DNA of 59,356 nucleotides. Source: a virus. Made by a program: the position numbers and the translations under genes. The notes below the pieces were generated by a model. That model saw only the letters and a list, made by a program, of their open reading frames with translations. It did not search any database and had not been told where the DNA came from. The stretch lies in IMG/VR virus record IMGVR_UViG_3300044492_000038. One strand, written 5' to 3'. How positions within the stretch are numbered: position 1 is the stretch's first letter; the number at the start of each line of letters is the position of its first letter. Positions 1 to 8,645 of this stretch are shown here, piece after piece.

Positions 1-127
1 ATGCTTTTTCCCATTCGGCATCGGTCACGCCGGACATGAGAAATTGCCGCTCACTTGATGTGAGATAGGGGAAGACGTTTTGAATGAGTCCGCCATTCTG
101 CCAAGCGTCGATGTCTGCTTGTGCGAC
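1..127. repeat. 127-bp exact terminal direct repeat, copy 1 (identical to 59230..59356)
   Basis: Bases 1-127 (atgctttttcccattcgg...tgcttgtgcgac) recur verbatim at 59230-59356. This implies a circular or permuted contig. Confidence 0.95.
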
Positions 128-184
128 GGGTAGGTCCATTGTGTGCCACTCGTCGGTGAGCACGCTCTTCTTTCGAATCAACAT
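1..184 (-). CDS. Hypothetical protein, 5' part of a 93-aa junction-spanning ORF (3' part = 59132..59229)
   Basis: ATG at 184 lies 8 nt after CACAGAAAGG. The frame stays open to base 1 and continues in the terminal copy to a TGA at 59132-59134. Joined length is 282 nt. Confidence 0.5.
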   Translation of the reverse strand, partial: MLIRKKSVLTDEWHTMDLPVAQADIDAWQNGGLIQNVFPYLTSSERQFLMSGVTDAEWEKA

Positions 185-217
185 TGATTGCCTTTCTGTG
201 TGTGAGATTAGATTATG
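185..217 (-). promoter_or_regulatory. Leader plus -10-like CATAAT (212-217) for the junction-spanning gene
   Basis: Minus strand reads GGCATAATCTAATCTCACACACAGAAAGGCAATCAATG, the same leader architecture as the other early cassettes. Confidence 0.4.
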
Positions 218-219
218 CC

Positions 220-414
220 CTATTTTTCTGTCGCGTTCGGCGGGCGGCTGCGATTATTCCAATCGCGTCGACCGCATGTGGTGCAAATGCGCCAATTGCT
301 CTCGCCACTCTCCCACATCCACGAGTGTGCGCGCCCGACTTTTCCTTCGGGATCACCGGCAACGGTGCAGTTGTTCTCGTCGTTGTCTGGGCGTAGGTGT
401 GCTAGGTCGCTCAT
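220..414 (-). CDS. Hypothetical protein (64 aa)
   Basis: ATG overlaps the upstream stop (ATGA at 411-414). Contains C..CTTC. Confidence 0.45.
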   Translation of the reverse strand: MSDLAHLRPDNDENNCTVAGDPEGKVGRAHSWMWESGESNWRICTTCGRRDWNNRSRPPNATEK

Positions 415-644
415 GAGTATCGAGCCTCTTGCTGTTCGTTGACGGTCTTTTGCATTTCGAGCAACTCGATGTCGCGATAGACCGATTGCAGAATGTCGTG
501 CAACGCTTTACCGTGCTGCGGTGAACCGCTCACGGTGGCGTGTGACATCGCACCGAAGAGGGTTGCGGCGAACCCTTTCTTTTGCATGATGCGCTCGTCT
601 AAGTCGCTGCGTTGCCGCTCTTCTTTCATTGACGCGAAACTCAT
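411..644 (-). CDS. Hypothetical protein (77 aa)
   Basis: ATGA overlap with the upstream gene at 641-644. Confidence 0.55.
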   Translation of the reverse strand: MSFASMKEERQRSDLDERIMQKKGFAATLFGAMSHATVSGSPQHGKALHDILQSVYRDIELLEMQKTVNEQQEARYS

Positions 645-1003
645 GCCGCTTCTGCCACCTGTGGATGAATGTCGATCACGATAGCAAGATACTTCTTCAC
701 CTGTCTATCCCACACGAGCGCAGGCACGACGCCGTTGTTCACCTCTGCGATGATTGCGCTCGCGGCAGCGATCACTACCGGATCACCCAGGCATAACAGC
801 CAGTCGTTCGGCTTGAAGCCGCGTAGCTTCTCGCGCATCTTCATGATCGAGAGTTGCGGCGAGATCAACACCGGGCCGGATGGTAGGAGCACGTCGAGCG
901 TGCCGAATTCGCGGGCCGCTGTCAGATCGTACTTATACACAAGCTCGTTGTAGACGTTGCGACGCATCGGATTCTGCGTGATGTAGACTTTGCCGGTTTT
1001 CAT
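641..1003 (-). CDS. Hypothetical protein (120 aa)
   Basis: Start moved to the internal ATG at 1003 (MKTGKVYITQ...) because CCAGAAAGGGCACACC precedes it. The longer ORF runs to 1069. Confidence 0.6.
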   Translation of the reverse strand: MKTGKVYITQNPMRRNVYNELVYKYDLTAAREFGTLDVLLPSGPVLISPQLSIMKMREKLRGFKPNDWLLCLGDPVVIAAASAIIAEVNNGVVPALVWDRQVKKYLAIVIDIHPQVAEAA

Positions 1004-1059
1004 GGTGTGCCCTTTCTGGGACGGGTAGGAGTTGTTGATTATAGTTGAGAGGTGTTGAT

Positions 1060-2640
1060 TCATGTCCATACGTGCGCAATCGCGTTTTGTAGGACTACTT
1101 CGCTGACATCCTGGGCGGACTTCAAACAGCGGACAACTTCTTCGTCGACGGTGTGTTGCGCGATCAGATCGTATACCTGCACCGTGCTCGCGCCGTCTGT
1201 TCTCGCGAGTCGGCTGATTGCCTGCAACCGCTCAAGATACGAATAGTCGTTACTGTAGAACACCATGTAAGAGGCGACGCCTTGTAAGCCGTCGAGCCCG
1301 GTGCCGCCTGACTTCTGCTGACCTACAAAGAAGCGACACGCGGCATCGTCGATGAACCGGCGCTTACTCGCGTCCTTCTCGCCCGATGTCATGCGCCCGT
1401 GATACTGAGTCACAGCCGCGTAACCGTAGACGCTTTCGAGCGTGTCGACGACGGTGTCGATCTCCGCAGAAAAGCGGCACCAGATCACGAGCTTCTCGCC
1501 TTCGCACTCCTGGGCGATTGCCAGGAGGTGCAGCACCTTCGGGTTTTCGTCCACGGGTGTGATGTGCTGGGCCTGCGGATCGTCGTCGCTGGGTGCAAAA
1601 CCGCCCACAACCTGCGCGAGCCGAATGGCTAAGGCAAGCGCACCTTCGGCGGTGAGTTGCCCGCCTGGGGCCTGTGTGACTCCCCATCGAATCAACTCTT
1701 CATAGAGCGTCTGTTGATGCGGGTGCAGCGTCACGTAACGCGGGTCTTCGTTGACGATAGGCTCGGTGCCGTTGACATCGGCCAGCGAGAGAAACGCCGA
1801 CATGCGTTCAAGCCGCTTGCGTAAGTCGCCGAGATTGCGATAGATAGGCCGGTCGAGATCGTCCTTCGCAACGATGGCAGGATAGATCGGATTGCCTTGC
1901 CTGTCGTGGCGCAAGCGTCCCTTCGCGTCGAGACTCTTCGTGATGTGCTGCACGAGCGGATTGTGCGGCGCGAGCATCAGCGCATAAGTCGACTTGAACG
2001 AAGCGAGCGATGCATGGCCTAAGCACGCATCAGCCATCAGTTCGAATTGCCCCCATGCAGAGAACGGATTTTGACGCAAGAGCGTGCCCGTTCCGATGCG
2101 CTTCACGCGGGCCATTCGCATCACCGGCTTGATTGCCTTGTAGATGTCGCTCTTCGGGTTGCTTGTGCGGTGGCTCTCGTCGTCGTCGCACATATAGCGC
2201 TTCACGCTTTGCAGTAGCGCGACGATCTTTTTCCCTCGTGGTGTTTGCAGTGCGTCGAAGCTCATTGTGAGAATGAGCATCGTGTCATCCTTCGGTGTTG
2301 CCAACACGATGCGCTCAAGTTGCGCGTAGGCTGTCTTGCTCATTTTCGAAAAATAATTACAGCACAGGGACGGTACTGCACAGTGTTTCGGCACAGCTTC
2401 TTCGATCCACTGCCGGTCGACACCGTCGGGTGAGATCACGAGCAACGCGTCGATGCGTCCGGCGAGAAAGTTGAGCGCAGCGGTATCGAGTCCGAGCTTG
2501 CTCTTGCCCGTGCCTGGGCGGCACAGGAATGCGAGCATCGGTCTATCCCACGTTGTTTCGATCACCTCACGCTGCTTGCCGCGTGGCTCGGTCTTGTACT
2601 TAAACTTCGCAGGGAATGGCGTCGGCAGCAATGACAGCAT
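1060..2640 (-). CDS. SNF2/DEAD-like superfamily-2 helicase
   Basis: 526 aa with Walker A RPGTGKSK, a DExH-type box DDDESH and the C-terminal helicase motif QQKSGGTGLDG. Confidence 0.9.
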   Translation of the reverse strand: MLSLLPTPFPAKFKYKTEPRGKQREVIETTWDRPMLAFLCRPGTGKSKLGLDTAALNFLAGRIDALLVISPDGVDRQWIEEAVPKHCAVPSLCCNYFSKMSKTAYAQLERIVLATPKDDTMLILTMSFDALQTPRGKKIVALLQSVKRYMCDDDESHRTSNPKSDIYKAIKPVMRMARVKRIGTGTLLRQNPFSAWGQFELMADACLGHASLASFKSTYALMLAPHNPLVQHITKSLDAKGRLRHDRQGNPIYPAIVAKDDLDRPIYRNLGDLRKRLERMSAFLSLADVNGTEPIVNEDPRYVTLHPHQQTLYEELIRWGVTQAPGGQLTAEGALALAIRLAQVVGGFAPSDDDPQAQHITPVDENPKVLHLLAIAQECEGEKLVIWCRFSAEIDTVVDTLESVYGYAAVTQYHGRMTSGEKDASKRRFIDDAACRFFVGQQKSGGTGLDGLQGVASYMVFYSNDYSYLERLQAISRLARTDGASTVQVYDLIAQHTVDEEVVRCLKSAQDVSEVVLQNAIAHVWT

Positions 2641-3169
2641 GAGGTGCTTTCTTCGGGTAGTGAAAGGCGCGCATCTGCACCGGAGTCATCCAACGTGTGT
2701 TCTCTGGCGTGTAGTGCTTCATCTTGTCCATGCGACACAGTCGCGTGTTCTTTGGACGCGTGCCCATGTCGACGCAGAAGTTCTCGAATGTCTGCCAGCG
2801 TTCGCACACTCTGATGCCCAGGGCACCGGCTGATTTATAGGCCGAGTGACTTCTGTTGGTGGTGCTGTAAATCATTCGCTGCCAGATGAAGTACAGCGGG
2901 TGCTTCGATATGCCGCCCTTCTTGTGCTTCTTCGAACAACCGCATGACTTGATTTTCTCGATGCGTAGGTAACGTCCTTGAATGACTTTGAATGTGCCGC
3001 ACGTGCATTCACAAAGAAATGCGCGATTGCTGCCGATGTTCTCTGCACGGCGAATCACCGTGAGCTTGCCGATTCGTGTTCCGTTGGGTATGTCTACAGC
3101 GCGCACGTCGTAAGATGTGGAGTTGTTAGGCCAAGCATTAGGCCATGTGCTAGGAGATGTTGAGGTCAT
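2600..3169 (-). CDS. Cys-rich DNA-binding / homing-endonuclease-associated-like protein (function tentative)
   Basis: 189 aa with the Cys cluster CECTCG...SCGC and the pattern HPLYFIWQRM..Y..GI.VCERW..F..F..DMG. This is typical of a widespread phage family often annotated as HNH/AP2-like. It overlaps the helicase start by 41 nt. Confidence 0.6.
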   Translation of the reverse strand: MTSTSPSTWPNAWPNNSTSYDVRAVDIPNGTRIGKLTVIRRAENIGSNRAFLCECTCGTFKVIQGRYLRIEKIKSCGCSKKHKKGGISKHPLYFIWQRMIYSTTNRSHSAYKSAGALGIRVCERWQTFENFCVDMGTRPKNTRLCRMDKMKHYTPENTRWMTPVQMRAFHYPKKAPHAVIAADAIPCEV

Positions 3170-3170
3170 G

Positions 3171-3425
3171 TCAATGCAACGTCAGCGGGTGTGCATTGAG
3201 CACGAGAAACTCGTCGAGGCGTGCTTCGACTTCTTCAAGTTGCGGTGTCTTCGTGTGCCAGCTTTTTATCTGACGCATGAACACTCGGCGCATCTTGCCG
3301 GTGAGGTACGCGGTAACGTGATTTTCTTTGTCGACAACTTCGATGCCTTCACTGTGAAGGGCTCCGCTGCCGGTGAGAGCACACACGATGTAGTGCTCGT
3401 TCTCGAATAAACATTTGAGTTCCAT
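3171..3425 (-). CDS. Hypothetical protein (84 aa)
   Basis: Internal ATG at 3425 is preceded by CCAGAAAGGACAGAA and a TGCTACAGT -10. Confidence 0.6.
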   Translation of the reverse strand: MELKCLFENEHYIVCALTGSGALHSEGIEVVDKENHVTAYLTGKMRRVFMRQIKSWHTKTPQLEEVEARLDEFLVLNAHPLTLH

Positions 3426-3454
3426 TTCTGTCCTTTCTGGGTTTCGAATGGCTG

Positions 3455-3463
3455 ACTGTAGCA
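3455..3463 (-). promoter_or_regulatory. Extended -10 TGCTACAGT (leftward promoter of the divergent control region)
   Basis: Minus strand reads GTGCTACAGT, about 30 nt upstream of the ATG at 3425. Confidence 0.45.
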
Positions 3464-3487
3464 CAGAACCGGACTGATGAGGTGATT

Positions 3488-3515
3488 TTGCAATCCTGAA
3501 AATTAGGTGTAGAAT
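3488..3515 (+). promoter_or_regulatory. Sigma70-like promoter TTGCAA-N16-TAGAAT for the rightward replication/packaging operon
   Basis: TTGCAA at 3488-3493 and TAGAAT at 3510-3515. The leader CCAGAAAGGTCTTAGAAAG follows before the ATG at 3571. Confidence 0.55.
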
Positions 3516-3570
3516 CGACCTCCCAGCCTAAGCGCTGCCCCATCAGTATACCCAGAAAGGTCTTAGAAAG

Positions 3571-4527
3571 ATGCCTGCCCTTGATGGCATAACTAACTCC
3601 ATTGTCCTAGCAGAATTGTTCAAAGGACTCGGACCAGAAGAGAGAGCAATTCTCTGTTCTGTGCGCGGCAACCCTAGCGAAGCATCACCGATGTCATGGA
3701 GTCCTATCCCGTGGCGCGGCGGCGCATGTCCACTACATCATGACCGCAACAACTATGTCGCCATCAGTTCGTTTCGCGAAGTCGAAGGCCGCTTCAAGCG
3801 ACGCATAGCGCAGTTTAGTCGAACGTGGTGCATCATGATTGATGATGTCAATACGAAGATCGACTATGACGCACTGCCGAAATCAGTGATGCCTACGCTA
3901 GTCGTTGAGACATCACCGGGCAATTTCCAATTCACTTATTTTCTCGACGAGCCGCAGACTAACGCGGATCACGTCGCTGACGCCATACGCGCCATTATCG
4001 AGAAGCTCACTGGCGGCGGCGTCGACCCAGGCATGGCCGGTGTCACGCGTGTGCTGCGCTTGCCTGAAGGCATCAACGGCAAGCCGCGTGACGGTGGACC
4101 GTGGCAATGCAAGGTGTGGCGGTGGCGTCCTGAAGTGCGCACGTCGTGGCAAGCATTGCGTGAAGAGTTCCATCTCTCTGAGCGCTATCGCAACTATGTC
4201 GAGCCGAATGACGGTGTGACGCAAGAGCGCATCCGATGCTTCAAGATCATGCGCGACGCAATTAAATTCCTGGGCCTTGTGAAGCACGCAACCGGCGGCG
4301 GTTGGATGGACATCACTTGCCCGTGGATCGAACACCACACCGCACGAGCGAACACCGGCACTGCCGTTGCACCGCCGATGAAGGCCAATGGATACATGGG
4401 CGGCTTCAAGTGCCATCACGGGCACTGTGAGGCTAAGAATTGGGGCGACTTAGAAACCTGGGTCGCTGATGAAGTCATTAGACAAGGCGAGCGCAGGCGC
4501 GGGCCTTTCTATGGAGAGAACGCATGA
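3571..4527 (+). CDS. Archaeo-eukaryotic (RepB'-/Prim-Pol-type) DNA primase with C-terminal zinc motif
   Basis: 318 aa with motifs IMIDDV, ETSPGNFQ, RLPEGINGK and CPW..HH...CHHGHC. Confidence 0.8.
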   Translation: MPALDGITNSIVLAELFKGLGPEERAILCSVRGNPSEASPMSWSPIPWRGGACPLHHDRNNYVAISSFREVEGRFKRRIAQFSRTWCIMIDDVNTKIDYDALPKSVMPTLVVETSPGNFQFTYFLDEPQTNADHVADAIRAIIEKLTGGGVDPGMAGVTRVLRLPEGINGKPRDGGPWQCKVWRWRPEVRTSWQALREEFHLSERYRNYVEPNDGVTQERIRCFKIMRDAIKFLGLVKHATGGGWMDITCPWIEHHTARANTGTAVAPPMKANGYMGGFKCHHGHCEAKNWGDLETWVADEVIRQGERRRGPFYGENA

Positions 4528-6284
4528 ATCCGGACGATCTCAATGACATGGACGAACCAGCACGACGAGAGAAAGAACGACGAGAGAAAGCACAACCGAA
4601 AGAAAAACGCATCAAGGTCACTGCGCCTGATCTTACGGATCACGCGACAGCCGATGGTCTGGGTGTACTAGACACTGACCTCAAACACGCATTCATCAGC
4701 AAGTACGGTCACTTGTTTTGTAGAGATGACACTGACAAGGGCTCAGAGCTTTATGTGTACGATACAGAAACAGGTACATGGACAAATGATGATGTGAGAG
4801 GCACGATCAGTGCGTATGTGTCGACGATGTCGAAAGACATTATTCGAGATGAGTACGCTGCATTGAGTGCACAACTTCAAACAGCGACACCGGAAGAGAG
4901 AGATCGTCTCACGCGTGAGCACACACATCTAGGCAAGCTGATTCAACGATGGGGCAAAGCCAATACGATAGCCGCAATTGCGACGATGGTCTATAACCAT
5001 CTGAAGACATTGCATTCATCTAAGCGAGTCACCATGAATCACAATCCATTGATATTGAATTGTGCTAATGGTGTGTTGGACCTTCGCACAGGTGAGTTAC
5101 GTTGGCAGAAGCCATCGGATTATTTGACGAAGAGCACAGGCACCGTCTACGTGCCTGATGTCGATTACTCGTGGTGGGAGAAAGTAGTTCGACAGATTTG
5201 CGATGAGCAAGACGATATGTATGAGTTCTTGCATCAATGGATAGGCTACAGTCTTACCGGGTTGCGTAGAGATCACGGCATCATGATGATGGTAGGCAAG
5301 GGACGTAACGGTAAGAGCTTATTCATTGACGCAATAGCAAAGGCACTCGGCGCTTATGCATTCAAGTTGCCGCGTGGATTCGTTGACGGCAAGGCCAATG
5401 CAGACAACAACGAACAATATGCAATGGCAGGCTTGAACGGTGTTCGCTTTGCACATGGCTCTGAGACATCCGAAGGCGTCGATCTCAAGGCGGGCACGAT
5501 CAAGGCAATCACTGGCGATGACACCATATCGGCACGTCACTCGCACAAAGACTTGAAGACATTCGAGGTCACTCACAAGATCACGGTTGCAACTAATCAT
5601 AGGCCGGGCATACCGGCTGAAGACGATGCGATGTGGGCGCGTTTGTTTTTGTTTCCCACACCGGCACGCTTTGGTCCGCAAGATGAAGTCGACAACGGTG
5701 AGGCAAGGTATGTATGGGATCAACAATTGCTAGAGAAGTGCAAGACACCGGAGGGACGATCAGCGCTGTTGTTCTGGGCAGCGAAAGGCACAGTGAAGTA
5801 TTTAGACAAGGGGCTCAAAGTACCGCAGACAGTGAAGAAACAAGTTGCGCTACACCGTAAGAACATGGACATCGTCGGCGCGTTCATTCAGGATTGCACT
5901 GAGTACATCGGAAAGGCAGAGATCGAGACGCTAGAGTCGTTCACTGGATCAGGCGGAAGTGCAGAAAAGCGTGCGACATGGAAAGCCATGAAGCCTTCTC
6001 AGAAGTGCGAAGTCGAGTGTGTGTTGTTCTGGAAGACCTATGTTCTATGGTGCAAGACAAACGGCGTTAACTACTCGAAGAATAAAATCAAGTTCGGTGA
6101 GTATCTCGCAAACACCGGACGCATGTGGACCGATGAATTCAGCGAAGAAGTGAAGATGCCGCCCATGCGCGCAGAAGATAGCGGCGTGCGCAGATGGCGT
6201 TGGGTCAGGCTCACAAAGCTCGGATCACAGCTATACGACGAGGCTCGCGGTCCAAGCGAGTACGACCGTCGCACTACGATGTGA
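4524..6284 (+). CDS. D5_N/P4-family SF3 replicative helicase (primase C-terminal domain)
   Basis: 586 aa with an ATGA overlap onto the primase, Walker A GKGRNGKS and a P4-alpha/D5-like layout. Confidence 0.9.
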   Translation: MNPDDLNDMDEPARREKERREKAQPKEKRIKVTAPDLTDHATADGLGVLDTDLKHAFISKYGHLFCRDDTDKGSELYVYDTETGTWTNDDVRGTISAYVSTMSKDIIRDEYAALSAQLQTATPEERDRLTREHTHLGKLIQRWGKANTIAAIATMVYNHLKTLHSSKRVTMNHNPLILNCANGVLDLRTGELRWQKPSDYLTKSTGTVYVPDVDYSWWEKVVRQICDEQDDMYEFLHQWIGYSLTGLRRDHGIMMMVGKGRNGKSLFIDAIAKALGAYAFKLPRGFVDGKANADNNEQYAMAGLNGVRFAHGSETSEGVDLKAGTIKAITGDDTISARHSHKDLKTFEVTHKITVATNHRPGIPAEDDAMWARLFLFPTPARFGPQDEVDNGEARYVWDQQLLEKCKTPEGRSALLFWAAKGTVKYLDKGLKVPQTVKKQVALHRKNMDIVGAFIQDCTEYIGKAEIETLESFTGSGGSAEKRATWKAMKPSQKCEVECVLFWKTYVLWCKTNGVNYSKNKIKFGEYLANTGRMWTDEFSEEVKMPPMRAEDSGVRRWRWVRLTKLGSQLYDEARGPSEYDRRTTM

Positions 6285-6318
6285 GCCAATGGGCCGCAAA
6301 ATCAGAGCAAAACACCGA

Positions 6319-6430
6319 GCAAAAATGCAAACATGCAAAGTTAACCCCTGTTTGGGGTTATCACTCCTAGAGAGTCTCCATAGAGAGATAACCTGAAAAC
6401 AGGGTTAAGAGTGCATTTTTGCATTTTTGC
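6319..6430. repeat. 112-bp imperfect palindrome with inverted 8-mer iterons (candidate ori/pac/terminator)
   Basis: The left arm GCAAAAATGCAAACATGCAAAGTTAACCC pairs with the right arm GGGTTAAGAGTGCATTTTTGCATTTTTGC. Hand pairing gives at least 40 bp of complementarity. Confidence 0.8.
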
Positions 6431-6488
6431 TTTGGATCGGACAGCTTTAAGGATGGGCTGAGTTGTGTCGATCTCCGGTGTTGCTCGC

Positions 6489-6515
6489 TTGACAATCGTC
6501 GATGCGTCGTATACT
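6489..6515 (+). promoter_or_regulatory. Candidate promoter TTGACA-N15-TATACT upstream of the terminase genes
   Basis: Perfect -35 at 6489-6494 and TATACT at 6510-6515. The spacer is short. Confidence 0.4.
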
Positions 6516-6559
6516 TCTGTCGGTGTTGCCTATGCTGAAACAGCGACTTACAGCGAATC

Positions 6560-6985
6560 ATGAGTGATGAAACAGAACAACCCGAAGACGAAGACCGCTC
6601 GCAAGGGTGGAACTTTCGCGGACACAAACCCGAGAACTCGGGCCGGAAGAAGGGTGTGCAAAACAAAGTGACTCGCGAGTTCAAGAGCATTGTTCAAGAC
6701 TTGATCGACGAAAACGCCGACAACGTGAAGGTGTGGCTTGATCGTGTCGCTCACGGTGTGCCGGGTGAATATCTGGATCGACCCGAAGGCGGGCGCGATG
6801 TCGTGCGGCACCCTATCGCGGCGGACCCTGCGCGGGCTGTAGACCTCCTGGGCAGGCTCGCCGAGTACGTTGCCCCCAAACTCACGCGAACAGAGGTCAC
6901 AGGCCCAGGCGGACAGCCTCTTGCCCCTCCGGTGTTGCGCGTGACCATCGAGGGCAAGCCCGGTGAGTCAGAACCCGAGTCCTGA
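6560..6985 (+). CDS. Putative terminase small subunit
   Basis: 141 aa, immediately upstream of and overlapping terL, with a basic N-terminal GRKKGVQNKVTREF. The call rests on position. Confidence 0.55.
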   Translation: MSDETEQPEDEDRSQGWNFRGHKPENSGRKKGVQNKVTREFKSIVQDLIDENADNVKVWLDRVAHGVPGEYLDRPEGGRDVVRHPIAADPARAVDLLGRLAEYVAPKLTRTEVTGPGGQPLAPPVLRVTIEGKPGESEPES

Positions 6986-8420
6986 TCTCGGCTCGATTCT
7001 GCGATTGCAGTACAAGCAAGGGCTCGCGTTCTTATCGAAGGCGACTGAGCTTCTCTATGGCGGTGCGGCGGGCGGCGGCAAGAGTTACTTGTTACGCGTC
7101 GCGGCGATTGCGTGGTGTGTGTTGATACCTGGGCTTCAGGTCTACATATTCCGTCGCACGTTTCCAGACTTGCACAAAAACCACATGGAGGGACCGACAT
7201 CGTTCCCTCTTTTGCTTGCTGGGTGGATTCTTTTTCGATGGGTGAAGATCAACTATCAAGAGGGCTTGATACGTTTCTATAACGGCTCGGTTATTCATCT
7301 GTGTCACTGCCAATACGAGCACAACGTCTATAACTATCAAGGCGCAGAGATACACGTTCTATTAATCGACGAGATTACACACTGGACCGAGCCGATGTAT
7401 ACCTATCTACGCGGACGCGTGCGCATGGTGGGCATCGTTGTCCCGCCTGAGTATGCAGAGTTGTTCCCGCGTGTTGTGGTCAGTGGCAACCCAGGCGGCA
7501 TCGGTCACAATTGGGTCAAGGCTTCTTTCATAGACAACGTCGCACCGTTCGCAATCAGGCAGATGGAAGAAGAAGATGGGGGCATGCGGCGCGCATTCAT
7601 ACCGGCGAAGCTCGCAGACAATCCCGCTCTTCTCAAGGCCGATCCGATGTATAGGGCAAGGCTCGCGGGCCTGGGCTCGCCTGCGCTCGTGCGTGCGATG
7701 CTCGAAGGCGATTGGGACATCGTTGCCGGTGGCATGTTCGATGATGTGTGGCGTCGTGACATTCACATCATCGAGCCCTTCGCTATTCCGCCATCATGGA
7801 TGATTGATCGTGCATTCGATTGGGGATCGAGTAAGCCCTTCTCTGTTGGATGGTGGGCAGAGAGCGACGGCACCGAGTGCTATCTCGCAACGGGCAAGCG
7901 TTGGTCATTCCCGCGTGGCACACTGTTTCGCGTGCATGAATGGTACGGGTGGAACGGCAAGCCTAATCAGGGCATGCGGCTGTCAGATCGGACCATCGGG
8001 CAAGGCATCATCGAACGACAGAAAGAGTGGGGCATGCACATGCGGTGTGCGCCTGGGCCTGCGGACAGCAGCATCTTCGACGAGATCAACGGCGACAGTC
8101 CTGCGAAGCAACAGGCAGCGCTCGGCGTGTATTGGACGAAGGCCGACAAGACACCGGGCTCGCGCAAACGTCGATGGGCACTGATGCGCGGTCGACTCGC
8201 AGCGTCACTCAAGCCGCGCATGGAAGACGCAGGCTTGTTCATTTTCAACACGTGCCCGCATTTCGCACGAACGATACCTGTGTTGCCGCGTCTTGAGCGT
8301 GATCCGGACGACATCGACACTGATGCAGAAGATCACGTCGCAGACGAAGCGGGCTATCGCCTGTTGAAGACAGCGAGCGACGCGATGACGATCAACATGG
8401 GATTCAGCACCAACGGTTAA
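6963..8420 (+). CDS. terL: Terminase large subunit
   Basis: 485 aa with a GTG start, Walker A GGAAGGGKSY and Walker B VLLIDEITHW. Confidence 0.9.
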   Translation: MSQNPSPDLGSILRLQYKQGLAFLSKATELLYGGAAGGGKSYLLRVAAIAWCVLIPGLQVYIFRRTFPDLHKNHMEGPTSFPLLLAGWILFRWVKINYQEGLIRFYNGSVIHLCHCQYEHNVYNYQGAEIHVLLIDEITHWTEPMYTYLRGRVRMVGIVVPPEYAELFPRVVVSGNPGGIGHNWVKASFIDNVAPFAIRQMEEEDGGMRRAFIPAKLADNPALLKADPMYRARLAGLGSPALVRAMLEGDWDIVAGGMFDDVWRRDIHIIEPFAIPPSWMIDRAFDWGSSKPFSVGWWAESDGTECYLATGKRWSFPRGTLFRVHEWYGWNGKPNQGMRLSDRTIGQGIIERQKEWGMHMRCAPGPADSSIFDEINGDSPAKQQAALGVYWTKADKTPGSRKRRWALMRGRLAASLKPRMEDAGLFIFNTCPHFARTIPVLPRLERDPDDIDTDAEDHVADEAGYRLLKTASDAMTINMGFSTNG

Positions 8421-8431
8421 AGGAGAAAGCT

Positions 8432-8641
8432 ATGCTATCAGCCGATCAACGAGCGTTATTGTCCGAGTGCAAAGAGTTCATGGAGAGCGTACACGCGGGC
8501 GAGTGGGGCGGGCGTCCTGAGTGGCGCGATGTGCTCACGCAGCGCATCACAGGCACGCTCACAGCGGACGATCAGCAGCAAGAGATGATCGGCGGGCTGC
8601 GCGGTGCGCTCACACGTTGGCTGTCGAAGAGCAAGGGCTGA
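8432..8641 (+). CDS. Hypothetical protein (69 aa)
   Basis: AAAGGAGAAAGCT precedes the ATG. Confidence 0.6.
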   Translation: MLSADQRALLSECKEFMESVHAGEWGGRPEWRDVLTQRITGTLTADDQQQEMIGGLRGALTRWLSKSKG

Positions 8642-8645
8642 CATC

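Noticed and set aside
1-127. The terminal repeat could be a biological direct terminal repeat.
   Set aside because: It interrupts an otherwise continuous ORF and has no flanking packaging-type features, so an assembly overlap of a circular or permuted genome is more likely. It is kept as a checkable point in the findings.
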